Shown here piece after piece: positions 60,771 to 64,000 of a DNA stretch of 64,000 nucleotides. Under the pieces are notes generated by a model. It was not told where the DNA came from. It ran no database searches and was given only the letters and a program-made list of their open reading frames with translations. Made by a program: the position numbers and the translations under genes. Location: the IMG/VR virus record IMGVR_UViG_3300032322_002561, positions 124,001-188,000 of that record; one strand, 5' to 3'. How positions within the stretch are numbered: the stretch's first letter is position 1; the number at the start of each line of letters is the position of its first letter.

Positions 60771-60786
60771 ACTATAATTTATGCTT

Positions 60787-61112
60787 GAAAGAAAGTGCCC
60801 GGCTACCTTATGTCAAAAGGCCCCGGGCTGGAGTATCATCGTTATCTAGTTCCGCACTAGCCGCGTAGTAGGTTTTAGTCTAACCTACCCAACCCCACAC
60901 CGTTCTGGTTGATGCGTTACCCCAGGTATAACCCCCTGGACGGGTGACATTGGTTTTGCTACTGGACTATTTGCTGTAGATCATATGCGTTACTCGAGTT
61001 TACATCTTATCTCTACAGTTACTCAGGTCTGATCAAACCCATGGCTTCCAATAGCAAAACCAATATCAGGGGACTTATGGTCTGGGCCTACACCCAGCGT
61101 CCGGCCCCTGAG
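60787..61112 (-). ncRNA. about 325-nt structured non-coding RNA of unknown family
   Basis: 20-bp stem 61047-61066/60947-60966 (two U-G wobbles on minus strand), at least 6 further stems, U-rich 3' end. Confidence 0.7.
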
Positions 61113-61115
61113 CAA

Positions 61116-61451
61116 TTAGGCTACTACTGCATCTACAGACTTGACAGCGGCCTTGGCTTTTAAACCTTTGCCAGCTACTTTGACTTCGCCTTTCTTGGCA
61201 ACTTTGGTCTTTTCTGCCAGCTTGTTGGCTACTGCATAACCTGCATCGCCACTCTGACCCAAGCTCTGCAAGTGCTGGAGAGCTTCCAACTTGGTCATTG
61301 CACGTGGCAATTCGATCAAGTTGATGTCAGTGCAACCTGCCTTGTTTAGGATCTTGATACGAGCTACCAAGTCGTTTGCAAAACGTGCCTTAACAGTACC
61401 GTTAGGGTTTTTTGCTGTGCCTGCTACTGTGAATAATTTTTCTGCTGCCAT
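61116..61451 (-). CDS. basic protein with Lys/Ala-rich tail (paralog of 62868)
   Basis: AG...G..K.R.A...R...L...G...TK..A pattern; own sigma70-like promoter 61515-61543. Confidence 0.75.
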   Translation of the reverse strand: MAAEKLFTVAGTAKNPNGTVKARFANDLVARIKILNKAGCTDINLIELPRAMTKLEALQHLQSLGQSGDAGYAVANKLAEKTKVAKKGEVKVAGKGLKAKAAVKSVDAVVA

Positions 61452-61577
61452 TTTGTGTTGCCTTTCTAAGTTGCCGTACTAGTTGATTAAATTTACTACC
61501 TTACTACAATAACCATTATACTTGATATTGGTGTCAATGTCAACCATAATAGCTATATCTGGTTAGCCAAAACTGCC

Positions 61578-61706
61578 TTATTTGGCAGCTTCACGGCTGT
61601 ACTCTTGTACTTTGGTCACGCCAGCATCCAGCATTCTTGCTATACCAGTGAATCCCACTGTGGCAATGACCAAACCAAAAATAGTTCCAATTATGAAGTT
61701 TTTCAT
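61578..61706 (-). CDS. 42-aa membrane peptide MKNFIIGTIFGLVIATVG...
   Basis: Translated by hand; ATGA overlap with upstream gene. Confidence 0.6.
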   Translation of the reverse strand: MKNFIIGTIFGLVIATVGFTGIARMLDAGVTKVQEYSREAAK

Positions 61707-61912
61707 TTGGTGTTCGTTCCTTGGTTGGTGGTTGATGAAGTTTTAGAGCCTGACATTTTGTCCCGTGTCCACTCGGCTGATTTGGTAATGTCGGTGCCCA
61801 TACCGGCCACAGTATTGCAACCGGTCAATAACACCACTGCTACCACAATCAGAGCCATGACTCCCAGGGTTGGCATGTTCAGTGCCAAAAAAGCCAATAT
61901 ACGATCTTTCAT
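61703..61912 (-). CDS. entericidin EcnA/B-like lipoprotein
   Basis: LLTGCNTVAGMGTDI; SD GGAGG. Confidence 0.75.
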   Translation of the reverse strand: MKDRILAFLALNMPTLGVMALIVVAVVLLTGCNTVAGMGTDITKSAEWTRDKMSGSKTSSTTNQGTNTK

Positions 61913-61924
61913 GTTGCCTCCTGC

Positions 61925-62197
61925 TTATCTACTCAAATTGATCACACGACCTTGGAAATCCATGAAGCTGGTTCTCCAAGGAACAAACACAATCTTGCCA
62001 ACTCGGCTGTGTTCACCTTCGGCCAATACCTCGCCGCCAAACACGTCTCGGGTGACACGAATTTTATAGGCTTGGTAACCTTGGGTTGTGTCGCCACTGT
62101 CAATGACTTCGCCCTCTACAAAACAGTCTTCACGACCCACCATGGGTTTGAAATCATAGCCACGAATTACATCACCGTTTACGATTGTTAGTTCCAT
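61925..62197 (-). CDS. small early protein (SH3-like)
   Basis: Promoter and AAGGAG SD upstream. Confidence 0.75.
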   Translation of the reverse strand: MELTIVNGDVIRGYDFKPMVGREDCFVEGEVIDSGDTTQGYQAYKIRVTRDVFGGEVLAEGEHSRVGKIVFVPWRTSFMDFQGRVINLSR

Positions 62198-62228
62198 TTT
62201 CTAGCTCCTTTTTAATTACTATACATAT

Positions 62229-62259
62229 ATTATAGCAAAATGAGCTTTTTTGGTCAACC
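62229..62259 (-). promoter_or_regulatory. sigma70-like early promoter GGTTGACCAAAAA..TATAAT (also at 36601, 57132, 63291)
   Basis: TTGACC-17-TATAAT (TACAAT at 63291) with identical 13-nt 5' block in four copies. Confidence 0.85.
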
Positions 62260-62262
62260 GTT

Positions 62263-62427
62263 TTATAGGGGCTGTAAGTCACTGATTTTAAACTCCAAAA
62301 TGCTGTCTGGATAGTCAAATTCGCTGGAATCGTCAATAATTACTGCTTTATTTCCATGCAATTCAATGACTTGCCCTGTAATGCCGGGCTGATCTACTAC
62401 TTGCACAAAATCGCTGATGTTGATCAT
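62263..62427 (-). CDS. 54-aa KOW/SH3-like protein MINISDFVQVVDQPG...
   Basis: Translated by hand; GGAGG SD; ATGA overlap. Confidence 0.6.
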   Translation of the reverse strand: MINISDFVQVVDQPGITGQVIELHGNKAVIIDDSSEFDYPDSILEFKISDLQPL

Positions 62428-62696
62428 GCTACCTCCAAAAGATTTGCTGGTACATTGTAACGGCCTTGGGCGGTATCTACCAAGACATATTTCTGTTTGA
62501 TTCGGTTCACTGTGCCCTGAACATCACGTCCTTGTTTGGGATGATAGAATTTCACACTCAAACCCGGACGTAGATCACGTTTGACTTCGTTGCCCAACTG
62601 GCTACGGGCAAACTTGAGAGCACGGGCCACCATTTCCAATTCACGGTTGTCCAGGCGACCACTTGTGAGTTCTGCAACAATTTGATTGACATTCAT
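62424..62696 (-). CDS. small SH3-like protein
   Basis: G.V..I..KY..V......VP..LL; SD GGAGG. Confidence 0.7.
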   Translation of the reverse strand: MNVNQIVAELTSGRLDNRELEMVARALKFARSQLGNEVKRDLRPGLSVKFYHPKQGRDVQGTVNRIKQKYVLVDTAQGRYNVPANLLEVA

Positions 62697-62866
62697 TCTG
62701 CGGCCTCCCAGGCTAAAAATCTACGTTCCATTTCTGCTTGATAACACTCAAGTATGACCTCGTCCGTGATGCCACGACTCTGCGATTCTTGATAAAGTTC
62801 AATTTTGGCTTCAAGTTGTTGAGTGGTCAACTGGCGTATTTGTTGTCTAAATTCATTGAGACTCAT
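62693..62866 (-). CDS. small hypothetical protein (MSLNEF...)
   Basis: ATG just after upstream stop; overlap with next gene. Confidence 0.55.
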   Translation of the reverse strand: MSLNEFRQQIRQLTTQQLEAKIELYQESQSRGITDEVILECYQAEMERRFLAWEAAE

Positions 62867-62867
62867 G

Positions 62868-63260
62868 TTAGTTGGCCTCATATGCTTGACGAACACGCTC
62901 ACAGAACTCGGCACGAATCCGGGCTGCCTGTTTGGGTGTTAGTCGGACATTGTCGTCAACTGCAAGTTCAGAACGCTTGATTTTTACTGTGCGAGCTTTC
63001 TTGGGTTTTGCAAACGGATTTTCATCACGAACTTGTGCGGTATAAAATGCTTCAAGTTCTCGGGCACCGTTGGCATGATCCAAACGAAGCAGTTCTTTGG
63101 CAGCATCAGATTTGGTGTAAACATCATTGATAATACGCATGTAAACTTCTTCGCCCAAGGCTTCTAACTGTTCAACACGTTTTTGAGTTGTAGCAGTGCG
63201 GAAACGCATCTTGCCTGTTTTGTCACGACTGTAACCTGCGTATATAATTGCGTCTTTCAT
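62868..63260 (-). CDS. basic early protein (paralog of 61116)
   Basis: AAGGAG SD before ATG 63260; promoter 63291-63319. Confidence 0.75.
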   Translation of the reverse strand: MKDAIIYAGYSRDKTGKMRFRTATTQKRVEQLEALGEEVYMRIINDVYTKSDAAKELLRLDHANGARELEAFYTAQVRDENPFAKPKKARTVKIKRSELAVDDNVRLTPKQAARIRAEFCERVRQAYEAN

Positions 63261-63332
63261 ATCAGCTCCTTTATCAATTACTATACCAATATTGTAACAA
63301 ATCGGGCATTTTTGGTCAACCAAAATACAGTG

Positions 63333-63387
63333 TGCTAAGTCATTGATTCTATTAGAAAAAATATCTTTATAGATCAATGACTTAGCA
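63333..63387. repeat. 15-bp perfect inverted repeat TGCTAAGTCATTGAT-N25-ATCAATGACTTAGCA
   Basis: Arms 63333-63347 and 63373-63387. Confidence 0.85.
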
Positions 63388-63395
63388 GATACCCC

Positions 63396-63944
63396 TTAGA
63401 TATTGAAATATTCGTAATGTTTGGCTAGATCCCAGACGCTTTGATCAACTGGAGTGCCATCATATGTTTCAATATCAATGTTCAACAGTTGATATCGTTG
63501 CCAAAACATCCAAGGATTTGGAGTTTTCTTTGTGAGTTTGTTAGACCCCAAAACAGCATTGGCATCGGGCCGGATCAAACACGTAGGCGCATTCAACGCC
63601 TGCTCGATAGTGATCACGCCACCGATCAACATGTTGCGAACAGTACGCAAAGGTATTACATGCTCAAACACATTACCTTTCTTTTCGTACACGCCCACCT
63701 GGCGGTAGTGTGCTTTGATCTTGCCGGCAATGACATAGTCATGGTATCTACGTATCAAGTCATCAATTTCATCGCGTATCAATCTGCCACGTTGCGTGAT
63801 CTTGGTCAGTTTGCGATAGGTTGCCAAATGCCGTTCAAGTTCACTGGTAATAAAATCAGTGGTTTCAACATAGGCCTGACCATTCCTTACCACACGATCC
63901 GGTTCAACATCACGAAATGATTCTATTTGTTCTCTGATCAACAT
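63396..63944 (-). CDS. hypothetical protein with HNH-like EHVIP motif
   Basis: FEHVIP...N; SD AAGGA. Confidence 0.55.
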   Translation of the reverse strand: MLIREQIESFRDVEPDRVVRNGQAYVETTDFITSELERHLATYRKLTKITQRGRLIRDEIDDLIRRYHDYVIAGKIKAHYRQVGVYEKKGNVFEHVIPLRTVRNMLIGGVITIEQALNAPTCLIRPDANAVLGSNKLTKKTPNPWMFWQRYQLLNIDIETYDGTPVDQSVWDLAKHYEYFNI

Positions 63945-64000
63945 TAGAATAGGTCCTTTTTAGCTGGGCTGAACGAGGTTGAAATATTCAATCTAGGCAA

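Noticed and set aside
61095-61112. GGGGCCG start suggesting tmRNA, or RNase P for the whole element
   Set aside because: No matching 3' T-arm/acceptor-CCA, and no GAGGAAAGUCC-type RNase P signature
1-64000. Stop-codon reassignment, tRNA genes, integrase or transposase
   Set aside because: Known proteins are full-length in code 11 with dense packing; no cloverleaf or recombinase motifs recognised by eye

Overview
The window is 64 kb of a large tailed dsDNA phage genome (T4-like/jumbo type). Its host-like genes (aceA, erpA, fdxA, infA, nadE) and spanins point to a Gram-negative, probably proteobacterial, host. Most genes are on the minus strand. In order, it contains: (1) 0.3-6.6 kb, a radical-SAM/methyltransferase/glycosyltransferase/SGNH/deacetylase modification cluster; (2) 6.6-19.8 kb and 25.1-28.5 kb, genes whose products share a short M-x-x-x-[ED]-hydrophobic leader and consist of unrelated enzyme or peptide modules joined at [LIVM]-x-E sites, read here as head-packaged, protease-processed cargo polyproteins; (3) ClpA and a DnaJ-type protein; (4) a lysis module (GH19 endolysin, spanins, holin-like genes) containing an isocitrate lyase gene; (5) PhoH, clamp loader, GroES and a split DnaE fragment; (6) baseplate and tail-fibre genes; (7) redox, NAD and translation genes (ErpA, SOD, IF-1, ferredoxin, NadE); (8) small early genes behind sigma70-like promoters. 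Two intergenic regions of about 300 nt (58043-58321 and 60787-61112) fold into extensive RNA structures that I cannot assign to a known family. Many late genes appear leaderless (TAAATA + 4-7 nt + ATG). I saw no tRNA, CRISPR array, integrase or transposase. All family calls come from motif recognition by eye, not database searches.
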